DNA of 64,000 nt from Alphaproteobacteria bacterium (GTDB lineage Bacteria; Pseudomonadota; Alphaproteobacteria; SMXP01): positions 41,685 to 105,684 of the forward strand of contig JANQPV010000004.1 in the NCBI GenBank assembly GCA_028285305.1, given 5' to 3'. The position numbers were made by a program, and so were the translations under genes. Shown here piece after piece: positions 50,464 to 60,978 of the stretch (positions are counted from its first letter, which is position 1; every line of letters begins with the position of its first letter). Below the pieces are notes generated by a model. The model saw nothing but the letters and a program-made list of their open reading frames with translations, ran no database searches and was not told the DNA's origin.

Positions 50464-51135
50464 TCAAAACCCTCCGGGCTCCCGAAAAATCATATCGATG
50501 ATCGCATCTGCATGGGCGTTCAGGGCCTGTTCCGACATGATATCGCCACCGGGAAATTTGTTCGTGAGCACCGGTAGTGCCATGGGAAACGACCCTCCGT
50601 GGGTGATCATGAAAAAGAGCGTTCGCGGCGAAACATCCGCAAGGGAACCTTCTCCTTTGGCCTCATTGATCAGCTCACTCATCACTGCGTAAAAGGGGGA
50701 GATCAGCTGGTCCGCGACATGTATCCCGCGGGAACCTTCGTTGTCGCCGTCGAAAACGATCATTCGGCTAAGCTGCGGCCATTGCGCGGAGATGCTGATG
50801 AACCAGCGGATGACAGATTTCAGCTGACGGGTCGCCGTCTCTTCTGGAGAAGCCAACACTTCCTGCATTTCAAGACCAAGCGTTTCCGCAAGATGATCAA
50901 TGCAGGCTCTCCAAAGGGCCTCTTTGGAGCCGAAATAGTAGCGCGTCAGGCCGATGTCGGCGCTCGCGCGTTCGGCAATTTGACTAAGGGAAACCCCGTC
51001 GAACCCTCGCGCGCCGAACGCATCAATCGCCGCGAGAAGGATATCCTTCTTTTTATCGGTTTCTGGGGCTAAGCGCGGCCGGCCTGGTCCACGCTTCTCT
51101 TGCGTCCCTCGAGTTTCAATCTTCTCTTTTTTCAT
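50464..51135 (-). CDS. TetR family regulator
   Basis: GRP, F..RGFDGVSL.QIA..A......RYYFGSKEALW. Confidence 0.92.
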   Translation of the reverse strand: MKKEKIETRGTQEKRGPGRPRLAPETDKKKDILLAAIDAFGARGFDGVSLSQIAERASADIGLTRYYFGSKEALWRACIDHLAETLGLEMQEVLASPEETATRQLKSVIRWFISISAQWPQLSRMIVFDGDNEGSRGIHVADQLISPFYAVMSELINEAKGEGSLADVSPRTLFFMITHGGSFPMALPVLTNKFPGGDIMSEQALNAHADAIIDMIFREPGGF

Positions 51136-51169
51136 TCTTCAGGTACGAGCGCCGCCCTCCCTCAATTAA

Positions 51170-51217
51170 ATTCTACATCCATAGAATATATATTGACATA
51201 TTCTACAATCATAGAAT
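51170..51217. promoter_or_regulatory. two ATTCTA-N6-TAGAAT palindromes (probable TetR operators) around TTGACA
   Basis: ATTCTACATCCATAGAAT (51170-51187) and ATTCTACAATCATAGAAT (51200-51217), 30-bp period; TTGACA at 51193. Confidence 0.75.
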
Positions 51218-51248
51218 AAATCGATTAGAGATTGAAAGGGATCGCAAA

Positions 51249-51977
51249 GTGACGAGAGTTCTTACTGCGGCTGGTGCAGTGCTTCTTTTGGTTCTTCTAT
51301 TTGGATGGAATCCGTTTTCCGGCCACCGCGATACGACGGGTGTTCTCGCCGAGGGCTATACGGGTTTTGAAACCGGTGTAAAGCGCCAGCCAAACGGCGT
51401 CTACCGGGTCCGGGCTCTCACAAGAATGCCGGGCGTCAAGGCGGACATGGTCCGGTGGTGGTTTGCCGACTACATGCAAACAACGGCCCATTACAAGAGA
51501 TGGCACCCAACGGCCCACGTCTGGATGGATTGGGAAAACAAAGTCCCGGGCGAAATTGTCGGGGCAAGTCATTTGGTGCACGAATATATCGGCGAAGACT
51601 TTCAAAAACTGCGCATCCAGTTCGTTGAGCCGTCGGGACTGCTGGGGGACTTAGAAGATCGCCGCGACCGATTCGTGATCTGCGCAAAAGCCGGGTCTTT
51701 GGAAGAGCCCCTAAACCTCTCCACAATGTGCCATATCGTTCGGGACACCGAGTGGGGGGCGGAGATGCGATCGGTCTTTTGGTTGGGGCACGTATCGAAA
51801 CGCGAAGGAAACGAAAACGTGAGTTCGATCGAAGGTCTCTTAGGCAACACCTGGTTGGCCCGGCGTGTGTTGGTCGGCGAGAGTTTCGCCGTGGACCTGA
51901 TGACCCACGCCATCGAGGAGATGGGATATCTCGCCGACTTTCTACCAGATTTGTATACTGAGGAAAACCTATTCTAG
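51249..51977 (+). CDS. DAPG hydrolase PhlG-like protein with an N-terminal signal/anchor
   Basis: ETG, T.MPGV...M..WWF, Y..WHP.AH, EYIG, GAEMRS.FWLG, H..EEM..LA.FLP.LY. Confidence 0.8.
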   Translation: MTRVLTAAGAVLLLVLLFGWNPFSGHRDTTGVLAEGYTGFETGVKRQPNGVYRVRALTRMPGVKADMVRWWFADYMQTTAHYKRWHPTAHVWMDWENKVPGEIVGASHLVHEYIGEDFQKLRIQFVEPSGLLGDLEDRRDRFVICAKAGSLEEPLNLSTMCHIVRDTEWGAEMRSVFWLGHVSKREGNENVSSIEGLLGNTWLARRVLVGESFAVDLMTHAIEEMGYLADFLPDLYTEENLF

Positions 51978-52025
51978 AATCGCTCCGGAACAAGCTGACA
52001 GGATCTCAAGACAAGGAAAAAGAGT

Positions 52026-53777
52026 ATGAGAACAATTGGAATCACGCTTGGATTTTTCGCCATCCTCATTGCTTTGGGTCTTTACTATGTTCTCGGAACG
52101 GAACCGACTCTGCACGCGACGTCAGACCTGTCTGACCTGCTGGGCACGCCAGACAGTCCAATCATCGTCAAAGATATATCTGCGTTCGAGGATCAGGTCC
52201 TCATTGACAAAGATGTAGGCGTGATGACGCGCGACGGGATACGACTGTCGGCGAATGTCTTTCGTCCGAAGACCCCGGGGCAATACCCGGTGGTGATGAC
52301 CTTCACAGCCTATCACAAAGACGAAACACCCCGTCAGTACCCAGATTATTTGCGCAGACACGCTGGTCCGGACTACGATATGGGAGAGATTAAGGTTAGC
52401 CCATGGACACCATGGGAAGCGCCGGATCCAGCCTACTGGGTTGAGCAGGGGTATGTTGTCGTTATTCTCGACAGCCGCGGCTACGGCAAGTCCGAAGGTG
52501 TAGCCGGTGTGCTGAGTATTCAGGACCGGTACGACTTTCATGACGCCATCACCTGGGCCGGTACGCGGGAGTGGAGCAATGGAAATGTTGGGCTGACCGG
52601 GGTCTCTTACCTCGCCATCTCCCAATGGATCGCGGCGAGCAATGCGCCCGAACATCTCAAGGCCATCATGCCCTGGGAGGGCCAGAGCGACAATTTTCGT
52701 GAGGTGCTCTTTCATGGCGGTATTCCGGAGACCGCCTTCACCAACTTTTGGCTGACCCGCGTTCGCAGCAAAGCCAACGAGACGAGCCTGCCGCCCCACA
52801 GAATAATGCGCTTTGCCGGTGAGCGGCCGATGTTGATGAAGCGCCTGCAATCACGCATGGCCCCGTCCGGGATCGCGCTAGAAGAGATTTCAGTCCCCGC
52901 GTTGATCTGCGCGAGTTGGTCCGACCACGGCATGCACACACGCGGGTCCTTTGAAGGCTTCAAACGTATCTCGTCAAATCAGAAATGGCTGTACACCCAC
53001 GGTCAGCCCAAGTGGGACGTCTACTACAGTGACGAGGCGCTGGAGGTGCAAACCGCCTTCTTCGATCATTTTCTGAAGGGCGAAGACAATGGTTTTGAAA
53101 CGCGGCCCAGCGTCCGCCTTGAAGTACGTGATAACTTGAAGGACTATACCGTCCGCTATGAAGACACATGGCCGTTGCCTTCTACTGTCCCGGTGCCACT
53201 TTTTCTCAATGCTTCTGATGGTATGCTGAGCAATACCGCACTGGCAGAGTCGGCCAAGCAGAGTTACGACGCGCGGGAAGGAAGCGCCGCGTTTCGCAAG
53301 ATCTTTCAGGAAGAGACAGAGCTTTCCGGCAACATGAAGCTCAGACTTTGGGTCGAAGCTGAAGGCGCCCGGGATATGGACCTCTTTGTCGCGATCAAGA
53401 AATACGATGCAACCGGTAGGGAAGTAACATTTTACGGCAAAGCGGGGTACGCGAAAACGCCAGTTGCCCTGGGTTGGTTACGGGTCTCTCAACGCGAGTT
53501 GGATGCCGAGCAGTCGACCCCCTTACAACCTGTTTTGGCCCATGCTCGAAGTCTGCCTTTGGGGCGCGAAGAGATTGTCCCTGTAGAGATTGAAATCCTA
53601 CCCAGCAGCACCCGGTTTATGCCGGGCGAAGCGTTGGAAGTCGTTATCCAAGGCCGGGATCATTTCGATCATATGGCGCTCGCTCACACAAAGACCGTCA
53701 ACAAAGGGGCGCACGTCATCCATACTGGTGGCGCTTATGACTCGCATCTGCTCGTGCCGCTAATTCCGGCGGAGTGA
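52026..53777 (+). CDS. CocE/NonD family hydrolase with an N-terminal TM
   Basis: RDGIRLSANVFRP, DSRGYGKSEG, WSNGNVG..GVSY, HTGGAYDS.L.VP. Confidence 0.92.
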   Translation: MRTIGITLGFFAILIALGLYYVLGTEPTLHATSDLSDLLGTPDSPIIVKDISAFEDQVLIDKDVGVMTRDGIRLSANVFRPKTPGQYPVVMTFTAYHKDETPRQYPDYLRRHAGPDYDMGEIKVSPWTPWEAPDPAYWVEQGYVVVILDSRGYGKSEGVAGVLSIQDRYDFHDAITWAGTREWSNGNVGLTGVSYLAISQWIAASNAPEHLKAIMPWEGQSDNFREVLFHGGIPETAFTNFWLTRVRSKANETSLPPHRIMRFAGERPMLMKRLQSRMAPSGIALEEISVPALICASWSDHGMHTRGSFEGFKRISSNQKWLYTHGQPKWDVYYSDEALEVQTAFFDHFLKGEDNGFETRPSVRLEVRDNLKDYTVRYEDTWPLPSTVPVPLFLNASDGMLSNTALAESAKQSYDAREGSAAFRKIFQEETELSGNMKLRLWVEAEGARDMDLFVAIKKYDATGREVTFYGKAGYAKTPVALGWLRVSQRELDAEQSTPLQPVLAHARSLPLGREEIVPVEIEILPSSTRFMPGEALEVVIQGRDHFDHMALAHTKTVNKGAHVIHTGGAYDSHLLVPLIPAE

Positions 53778-53954
53778 AGTGCTTCACGCCGCCAAAGTTG
53801 CACTGAGTTGGGAAAGGCGAAACAGACCTGCACGATTGTCTCTGGCACGAAATGGACACGCAATACCCGCTAAAAGACGTCCTCTTTGAAATCTAATCTG
53901 GACTTAGGCTCGTAGAGAGTTGGGACGGATCATATTTCATGATGTTCACGAGCG

Positions 53955-54983
53955 ATGGGCCAGATTTCTTCTGTCTTTGTTCATAAGGTGATTAACGCCG
54001 CGACGTCTCATGCACCGCGCGACGACGCCCGGCGACGGCATCTCTTTGCCTCAGCCGGGGTGGACCCAAGTGCGCCGATAGATGGCAAAATCATGGTCCC
54101 CGACATCGACTACTACAAACTGTGTGAGCGTGTTGCGCGCGAGGACGAACATGGTCGGTCTGTCTCTGTGCGTGTGGGAGCGTCGATGAAGTGTGATGAT
54201 TATGGCGCCTTCGGTCTTGCTTGGAAGTCGGCGGTGAATCTGCGCGGCTCCTACGGACGGGCAGAGCGATATGGCCGGGTGCTGACGAGCGTCTCGACCT
54301 ATGAGATCAAAAACGAGCGTGGAAAGTCGAATTTGGTGCTCCATCGTGAGGGAGATCAGCGGCTGGGCCTGCACATTTCCAACGAACAGACGATCGCGGC
54401 AATTACTCAAATAAGCCGGGAAGTATCTCAGAAGGACTTTAGCCCCGAGGCGGTCTACTTTAAGCACAAATCACCGGACGATATTTCACGGCACGAGGAC
54501 TATTTCAAATGTCCAGTGATCTTCGAGAGTGAGTACGACGCGCTGCAAGTCTCCGAAGAGATGCTGGCCATCCCTAATCGTCTTGGCGATGCAGGCCTCT
54601 CGAATTTTTTCGACACGCATCTGGAAAAAGAACTCTCCGAACTCGAAGACGATCTCGGACTGGACCAACAAGTCCGAATACAGATTTCTCAAGCGCTCAG
54701 CGAAGGAGTGCCGACGATTTCAGATGTGGCGCGCCGGTTGGGGTTGAGTGGGCGAACCTTACAGCGCCGACTGTCCGAGAGAGGCTATGCCTACCAAGAG
54801 CTTGTGGATAGTGCTCGCCAGCAGCTGGCCGAGAAATTGTTGCAGCAAACCGACTATCCCCTCGTCGATATCGCATTCCTCACCGGGTTTTCGGAACAAA
54901 GCGCCTTTACCCGCGCATTCAAGAGATGGCGCGGGCAAACACCGCGGTCGTACCGGCTGGACGCTGAGCCCGCCTCCGGATGA
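53955..54983 (+). CDS. AraC family regulator
   Basis: LSGRTLQRRL, DIAFLTGFSEQSAFTRAFKRW.GQTP. Confidence 0.95.
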   Translation: MGQISSVFVHKVINAATSHAPRDDARRRHLFASAGVDPSAPIDGKIMVPDIDYYKLCERVAREDEHGRSVSVRVGASMKCDDYGAFGLAWKSAVNLRGSYGRAERYGRVLTSVSTYEIKNERGKSNLVLHREGDQRLGLHISNEQTIAAITQISREVSQKDFSPEAVYFKHKSPDDISRHEDYFKCPVIFESEYDALQVSEEMLAIPNRLGDAGLSNFFDTHLEKELSELEDDLGLDQQVRIQISQALSEGVPTISDVARRLGLSGRTLQRRLSERGYAYQELVDSARQQLAEKLLQQTDYPLVDIAFLTGFSEQSAFTRAFKRWRGQTPRSYRLDAEPASG

Positions 54984-55089
54984 CGTTGTTTGTCGTTGTC
55001 GGTCAAAACTACGGCGCCAACTGTCAATAATCCAAACCTGCAACGCCCTAGACCTTCTCCCGTCCAACCCTTGGAAAGGAGAAGTTGAG

Positions 55090-55944
55090 ATGTTCAAGTT
55101 TGGCAAAAAACAAGACACAGCTCGCCCGGTTCTCGTTCTGGGCAGCACCGGCAAGATCGGACGCCGTGTTGCGACGAAGTTAAGTGACCTCAACGTTCCG
55201 GTCAGACAGGGATCGCGCTCGGCAGTGCCATCCTTCGATTGGTCGAATGAGAAAGGATGGGATGCCTGTCTTGACGGCGTTGAGTCCGTCTACATCAGTT
55301 ATGCACCCGATCTGGCAGTACCTGGCGCAACCGACGCGATCAGGGCGCTGTGTCAACGTGCGAAAACAAAAGGCGTTGAGCGCCTTGTTCTTTTGTCCGG
55401 GAGGGGCGAAGCCGAGGCACAAGCCTGTGAAGCAATTGTTCAACAAAGCGGTCTAGATTGGACGATTGTCCGGGCAAGTTGGTTCCATCAGAATTTCTCT
55501 GAAGGCGCCTTTCTCGATATGGTCCGTACAGGGCAAATCACGCTTCCTGTGGGGGAGGTAGCCGAACCGTTTGTAGACGCCGATGACATAGCCGACGTCG
55601 CTGTCGCGGCACTCACCGAATCCAGGCATTCAGGTGAAGTCTACGAAGTGACGGGCCCGCGATTGATGACATTCGATGAAATCGCGGCCGAGCTTTCACA
55701 AGCCAGCGGACGCGACATTCAGTTCGTTCAAATCCCACATGACGCTTTCGTGGACGGTGTCAAAGCATCCGGCGCACCCCAGGAAGTGGTTTGGATGATG
55801 GATTACTTGTTTTCAACCGTTCTTGACGGCCGGAACGCCTATCTCACGGACGGTGTCCAGCGGGCTCTGGGGCGCGAACCAAAAGACTTCGCCGATTATG
55901 CCCGCGAAGTGGCGTCGTCCGGACTTTGGAGGGCTGTAGCATGA
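55090..55944 (+). CDS. NmrA-like NAD(P)H-binding protein
   Basis: GSTGKIGRRV, LLSGRGE, ASWFHQNFSEG, FVDADDIADV; ATG at 55090 after AAGGAG. Confidence 0.9.
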   Translation: MFKFGKKQDTARPVLVLGSTGKIGRRVATKLSDLNVPVRQGSRSAVPSFDWSNEKGWDACLDGVESVYISYAPDLAVPGATDAIRALCQRAKTKGVERLVLLSGRGEAEAQACEAIVQQSGLDWTIVRASWFHQNFSEGAFLDMVRTGQITLPVGEVAEPFVDADDIADVAVAALTESRHSGEVYEVTGPRLMTFDEIAAELSQASGRDIQFVQIPHDAFVDGVKASGAPQEVVWMMDYLFSTVLDGRNAYLTDGVQRALGREPKDFADYAREVASSGLWRAVA

Positions 55945-56366
55945 CCCGTATTCTGACACGCAGTGTACTTATCATTTCAGGTGTGTTGGGAATTATGATC
56001 GGAGGATCGCTGCTTTTTCAGCCGCACGCCTTTTTTCTAACCAACGGAGTAGATTTGGGAGGGGATCCCAATTTGCTTTCAGAGATAAGAGCTCCGGGCG
56101 GTCTGCTGGTCGCTGCGGGCGCGATGATGATAACCGGAGCCTTCAGAAGCAAATATATGCAACAAGCGCTCCAGGTTGCGCTGATCGTCTTCGGCACCTA
56201 CGGCCTGGCTCGAATGGTAAGTATTATGACCGATGGTATTCCATCGAATACTTTGCTCGCCGCGTTGGCCGTCGAATTGCTCGTCAGCGGCTATGCCGTT
56301 GCGGCATTACTTAAACGCAAATCGTTAAACACAGCTAAGGAGGACAAGATCGCTCATGCCTACTGA
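55941..56366 (+). CDS. DUF4345-like membrane protein
   Basis: LSEIRAPGG, YGLAR..S...DG.P; ATGA overlap with the upstream gene. Confidence 0.75.
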   Translation: MTRILTRSVLIISGVLGIMIGGSLLFQPHAFFLTNGVDLGGDPNLLSEIRAPGGLLVAAGAMMITGAFRSKYMQQALQVALIVFGTYGLARMVSIMTDGIPSNTLLAALAVELLVSGYAVAALLKRKSLNTAKEDKIAHAY

Positions 56367-56844
56367 TTGGATCATCTATGCGTGCCTGATACTCGGCCTA
56401 TCGAGCGCTCTCGTTGGCGGTGTCTTGAAGGGCTTCTCAGAGTTCATCATGAAAGGACTTCAACTGACGGACCCGTCCGGAGGCATCGAAGCGATGCAGC
56501 ACATCAATCGCACGGTGATGCGGACTGAGTTCATCTTCTCGTTCATGGCGCTGGCGCCGCTGACGATTGGGATGGCGGCGTACAGCTGGATCTCTCTGAG
56601 CGGGATTGAGCGCGGCCTAATAGTATCTGCGTGCCTTATTTACATCTCCACCGTCTTTCTCGTGACGATTCTCGGAAATGTGCCGATGAACAATCGATTG
56701 GCCAGATTGCCCTTTTCATCTGCTGAAGCGGAGGTTTATTGGAAAGAGTACGGACGGAAATGGACCCAGTTGAACCATGTCAGAACGGTTGGTTCGATCA
56801 TCACATCAGTGCTCTTTCTTTTGGCGATGGTCACCGTGGCCTAA
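56356..56844 (+). CDS. DUF1772 / anthrone oxygenase family membrane protein
   Basis: GIEAMQ.IN, VT..GNVPMN..L, W..Y...WT..NHVRT. Confidence 0.88.
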   Translation: MPTDWIIYACLILGLSSALVGGVLKGFSEFIMKGLQLTDPSGGIEAMQHINRTVMRTEFIFSFMALAPLTIGMAAYSWISLSGIERGLIVSACLIYISTVFLVTILGNVPMNNRLARLPFSSAEAEVYWKEYGRKWTQLNHVRTVGSIITSVLFLLAMVTVA

Positions 56845-56868
56845 CCAGATTGGGGCGCAATCAAACTC

Positions 56869-56897
56869 GCGGGCCGCTCAAGGGGCGTGCGGCCCGC
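56869..56897. terminator. GC hairpin between convergent genes
   Basis: GCGGGCCGC-N11-GCGGCCCGC. Confidence 0.5.
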
Positions 56898-56928
56898 TCT
56901 TTAGCATCGACAGAGAGTCCAAATGGGA

Positions 56929-57288
56929 CTAGCCTCCGTCTGGCTTTCTCGGATCCTGACTTTCAGAATAGAGCGTTTCACCCGGCGTGAAATAGAGAAA
57001 CTTTGCGCCGTCTGGGGCGCCCGGCTTGTGCCAGATACCCTGAGGAACAACAAACGATGTGCCTTCTGGCGCGGTATAGTGATTGGACCCATCCCGTTCT
57101 AAGAGCGTAATCTCAACGGTACCTTCGATAACGTAAAAGAACTCGTCTGTATCAGGATGCATTTCCCACCCAGGCGAAACGCCAGTAATCCTGCAGGCGC
57201 CGAAGGACTTCCCGTTGAAAGAGTTGAATTCCAGGAAGGAGCCTTCTGGGTTTTCACTCAAGAGATGCAACAAATCGGTCGTTTCCAA
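56929..57288 (-). CDS. cupin domain protein
   Basis: WEMHPDTDEFFYVIEG, VVPQGIWH. Confidence 0.88.
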   Translation of the reverse strand: METTDLLHLLSENPEGSFLEFNSFNGKSFGACRITGVSPGWEMHPDTDEFFYVIEGTVEITLLERDGSNHYTAPEGTSFVVPQGIWHKPGAPDGAKFLYFTPGETLYSESQDPRKPDGG

Positions 57289-57567
57289 TGGTCTCTCCTT
57301 TTTCTGGACGCCCTAAAAGCACGATGGCTTCACGCATCAAAATGATCCTTAAGGGGTACCTGCATTTTGGCGCGCATCTCGCGAGAGTCCTAGCATGCTC
57401 TGCGGTCCCATTCTCGAGCAAACGAAAAGACATCTCCGCCAACGCAAGTGTCGTGTCATTCATTGGAGCGCGGAGCCCATCCACCACACACGATCGCAAC
57501 CTCTTCACAAATTCCGCAGTCGTGGGCTAGACTAACAGTGGTTGCTAAGAAGGGGGGTCCGTTCAAT

Positions 57568-58518
57568 ATGTCTTTCAGGATGACAGGGGCGCTGATTGTG
57601 CTCGTAGTCGTTGGTGTCTTTGTTTTCTTTGCATTTCAGAACACCACTGTAAGAAACCTTCTGTATGCATTGAACTATGATCGGACCTTGGTTTCTTACT
57701 CTCAAGTCGACACCACTGTTTCGGATGTCACAAGCGATGTCGATCCAAAGGGGCGATCGGCCTCACTGATCTCAGCGTTTTTTGGCCTAGATGATGCGCT
57801 CCCCCCATTAGCCAATCTGATTGCGTGCGAAGGCGCGGCCGGAAACGATGGTATGCCGGTTATCTTTTCTCACGAGGTTGACTTGCAAACACTGGAGCCG
57901 GGAGATTTCAAAGTAACCACATCAAAAGGCACAGTCGGCGAGATAACGTGCCTCACGCTGGCGCCGGCGGACGGCCCTGGCGAGCTACGCACTGTATTGC
58001 TGATCGGTCAATATGGAAGCATTGATGATCAACCGGCTACCGTCGAGATTGTTGGCAATGTGATCTCTCTCGACAACTCAGTGAATTTCAAAGGGGCAAG
58101 CGTGGAGGTAACGCCTTTGGAGGATGGGCCGAGTCTCGTCTGGGCTGAACGTGTCCCGGAGGGGGAATGGGTGCTCGATGCGCAAGGAACCGGCATTCCC
58201 TTTGGGGGTGGGACCGGCTGTCCGGCCAACACCAAACAAATCATTCGCGCAACGTGGAACGGTGGGATTACAAAGCCGAACGGTCTGGATGCGGATGATC
58301 TGGAGCGTCAGCTATACAGCGTCACTGTTGAACGGCCAGATCAATCCCTAGATGACATGACACCATTTGCGCTCGGTGATTTGAACGACGGCGACAACAA
58401 TCACAAACTTTGTCTTGATACGACCGATCGCGTGAAATCGATATCTTTCCCCGCTGGCCACTTAACCGACCCGCGTGATGATTTGAACCCGTCAACATCA
58501 GTTTCTATTTTGAAATGA
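57568..58518 (+). CDS. hypothetical membrane-anchored/exported protein
   Basis: N-terminal TM; motifs SAFFGLD, DGMPVIFS, GELRTVLL, DGDNNH.LCL; function not recognised. Confidence 0.7.
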   Translation: MSFRMTGALIVLVVVGVFVFFAFQNTTVRNLLYALNYDRTLVSYSQVDTTVSDVTSDVDPKGRSASLISAFFGLDDALPPLANLIACEGAAGNDGMPVIFSHEVDLQTLEPGDFKVTTSKGTVGEITCLTLAPADGPGELRTVLLIGQYGSIDDQPATVEIVGNVISLDNSVNFKGASVEVTPLEDGPSLVWAERVPEGEWVLDAQGTGIPFGGGTGCPANTKQIIRATWNGGITKPNGLDADDLERQLYSVTVERPDQSLDDMTPFALGDLNDGDNNHKLCLDTTDRVKSISFPAGHLTDPRDDLNPSTSVSILK

Positions 58519-58585
58519 GATCCGGCCGATTTGGGGGCCGCATGACCGCGCCCATTCGGGACGGCAATTGAGGAGAATTCCAGAA

Positions 58586-59773
58586 ATGAACGCTTTTATC
58601 CTTGAGCCCATGGGCACAACCACAGTTGGCGCGGGCAGTGTCGCCGAGGTCGCTCAGCACGTGCAGTCCCATGGCACCCGCGCCTTCGTTGTGAGCGACC
58701 CTGGCGTGCAATCGGCAGGGGTCTTAGACAATGTTACCAAGTCTTTGACTGGCGCTGACATTGGATTCGTGACATTCGTCGATGTCGATCCAAACCCAAC
58801 CGACGCGAATGTGGCCGCTGGGGTGGGTGCACTGCGCGAGTTTGGCTTGGAAGGGACCGTGATAGTGCTCGTCGGTGGCGGCTCAGTGATGGACTGCGGC
58901 AAATACATCGCCATGGCCGCACCGTCCGGCATTGACGACCTCTCGCTGGCGTTCTCACCGGACCTCGACGAGACAGACCAGATCGACTTTAACACCATTG
59001 CACCGGCGGCGCAGGTGAGCGCGCCCTGCCTGCCCACGGTGGCGGTTCCGACGACCTCCGGCACGGCATCCGAGACAAATGGCGGTGGACTGATTACCCA
59101 AAGCGCGGACCACCGCAAGCTGACCTTTGGCAACCCCGAAGTTAAGCCGCGGGCTGTGGTGCTGGACCCGATGCTGACTGTGGGACTCCCCGCGGGCGCA
59201 ACTGCCGCCTGCGGGATGGACGTGTTGACCCACGCCATCGAATGCTACACTTCCACACAATCAAACCCCTATGCCGACGGCCTAGCCCTGCAAGCCATCC
59301 GGCTTGCAGGCCAGTGGTTGCCTAAGGCTGTGGCCGAAGGCAGCGACGTGGAAGCGAGAACATCCATGCTGATAGCGTCCCACTTGGCGGGGCGCGCGTT
59401 TTCATCGGGGCCGCTCCTTGGCCTTGTCCATGCGACGGGACATCCTGTATCTGGGACTTACGGTGTGGCCCACGGGCAGACCCTTGCAACCATGCTCCCC
59501 CACGTGATGCGGTTCAATCTGGAGGTTGTCGCAGATAAATATGCGGACGTTGGCCTTGCCCTCGGCGCAGCTCACGACGCTCACGCGGCGATTGAAGCGG
59601 TGGAGAGGTTGTCCGCCACCGTCGGTACGAACCGCAGCCTGAATGACCTCGGCGCTTCAACCGCGGACATCGATGCGCTGACGACGGATGCGCTCCGTGA
59701 TATGATTATCCTGAACACGCCGCGCTATCCATCTCGCCAAGACGTCCGTGAGCTGTATGAGCTGGCGATGTGA
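58586..59773 (+). CDS. iron-containing alcohol dehydrogenase
   Basis: GGGSVMD, PTTSGTASE, GMDVLTHAIE, H...H....HG. Confidence 0.93.
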   Translation: MNAFILEPMGTTTVGAGSVAEVAQHVQSHGTRAFVVSDPGVQSAGVLDNVTKSLTGADIGFVTFVDVDPNPTDANVAAGVGALREFGLEGTVIVLVGGGSVMDCGKYIAMAAPSGIDDLSLAFSPDLDETDQIDFNTIAPAAQVSAPCLPTVAVPTTSGTASETNGGGLITQSADHRKLTFGNPEVKPRAVVLDPMLTVGLPAGATAACGMDVLTHAIECYTSTQSNPYADGLALQAIRLAGQWLPKAVAEGSDVEARTSMLIASHLAGRAFSSGPLLGLVHATGHPVSGTYGVAHGQTLATMLPHVMRFNLEVVADKYADVGLALGAAHDAHAAIEAVERLSATVGTNRSLNDLGASTADIDALTTDALRDMIILNTPRYPSRQDVRELYELAM

Positions 59774-59900
59774 CGGAAAGGATCTGACTCTCCTCAACCA
59801 TTTTTAGGGGACGAAACCACAAGGTTCGGCGCTTCGAATCAGCTGGCATCAGCCACCTGGAAACAGTACGGTCGCATGAGTGAACTCAAGGAGAAGCTGA

Positions 59901-60878
59901 ATGCGAGCGGCAGTATTTACAGGGCCCGGCGCCCCTCTGTCCATCCAGGACATCGACAAACCAAAGATCGCCGAGGACGAAATACTGGTCCGCGTGTCGC
60001 ACTGCGGCATCTGTGGTACGGACATCCATGCCTCGAGAGAGGGGCCATTTATGGCGCCGCCGAACACCGTATTCGGCCACGAGTTTTCAGGCGAAGTCGT
60101 AGAGGTCGGGAACGCGCTGACAGAAGGGTTGTTCTCGGTCGGTGACCGGGTGACGTCGTTGCCGTTCATCAAGGATCAGACGATCGGTCTGGGCGAGGTC
60201 ACCGGGGCCTACGCCGAATTCGTGAAGGTCGATCCCGCAAGTGTGGTGCGGATACCGTCAGAATTGGATGATCTAAACGGCGCGCTTGTGGAGCCTCTCG
60301 CGATTGGCCTGCATTCCGTGAAAATGGCAGAAGGTGTTGCCGAAAAGCAGATCCTCATCATCGGTGCGGGGCCGATCGGGCTGGCCTGTGCTATATGGTG
60401 CCGTTTCTTCGGTGCACGGAATGTTGTGATCAGCGAAATGTCCCCCGCCCGAATTGAAATGGCCAAAACCTTGGGCTTCAACGATATTGTCGATCCCAGT
60501 GGCGATGTGCAGGCCCAGTTTGCGAATATCACCGCAGGCGAGCCCGAGATTCAATTCGAATGCGTGGGCGCCCCTGGCATTCTCCGGGAGTGTATCGAGC
60601 GAGCACCCAACCGCGGCCTTATTATGGGTATCGGTCTGTGCGATCATCCCGACACCATTATGCCGCTCGTTGCATTTACGAAGGAACTCAGACTCCAGTG
60701 GGCACTGGCTTATGACAAGGAGGACTGGGACTTCACCATGCAGATGATGATTGACGGACGCATTGATGGCTCCCCGATGATCACCAATGTGGTATCCCTT
60801 GACGAACTGCCGGACGTCTTTGAAGCGCTCAGATCACCGACCGATCAGTGTAAGGTCATCATCGATTTGAGACGTTGA
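59901..60878 (+). CDS. zinc-binding (MDR) dehydrogenase lacking the structural-Zn loop
   Basis: CGICGTD, GHEFSG, EPLA, GAGPIGL; no 4-Cys lobe. Confidence 0.92.
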   Translation: MRAAVFTGPGAPLSIQDIDKPKIAEDEILVRVSHCGICGTDIHASREGPFMAPPNTVFGHEFSGEVVEVGNALTEGLFSVGDRVTSLPFIKDQTIGLGEVTGAYAEFVKVDPASVVRIPSELDDLNGALVEPLAIGLHSVKMAEGVAEKQILIIGAGPIGLACAIWCRFFGARNVVISEMSPARIEMAKTLGFNDIVDPSGDVQAQFANITAGEPEIQFECVGAPGILRECIERAPNRGLIMGIGLCDHPDTIMPLVAFTKELRLQWALAYDKEDWDFTMQMMIDGRIDGSPMITNVVSLDELPDVFEALRSPTDQCKVIIDLRR

Positions 60879-60978
60879 TTAAGGGGAACCAGCTTTGAAC
60901 AGCGCCGTCGAAGTGAAGAACGAGTTACTCGCAGTGGGCGGAAGAAGTCGCTCGCTTTGTTATCGGGGGGAGGTATTC

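Noticed and set aside
54748-55089. Apparent N-terminal extension or overlap of the NmrA-like gene with araC
   Set aside because: A good RBS and ATG lie at 55090, and the upstream part is an alternative frame of araC. Over-long starts were trimmed in the same way for the genes at 1045, 3555, 25149, 57448 and 62456.
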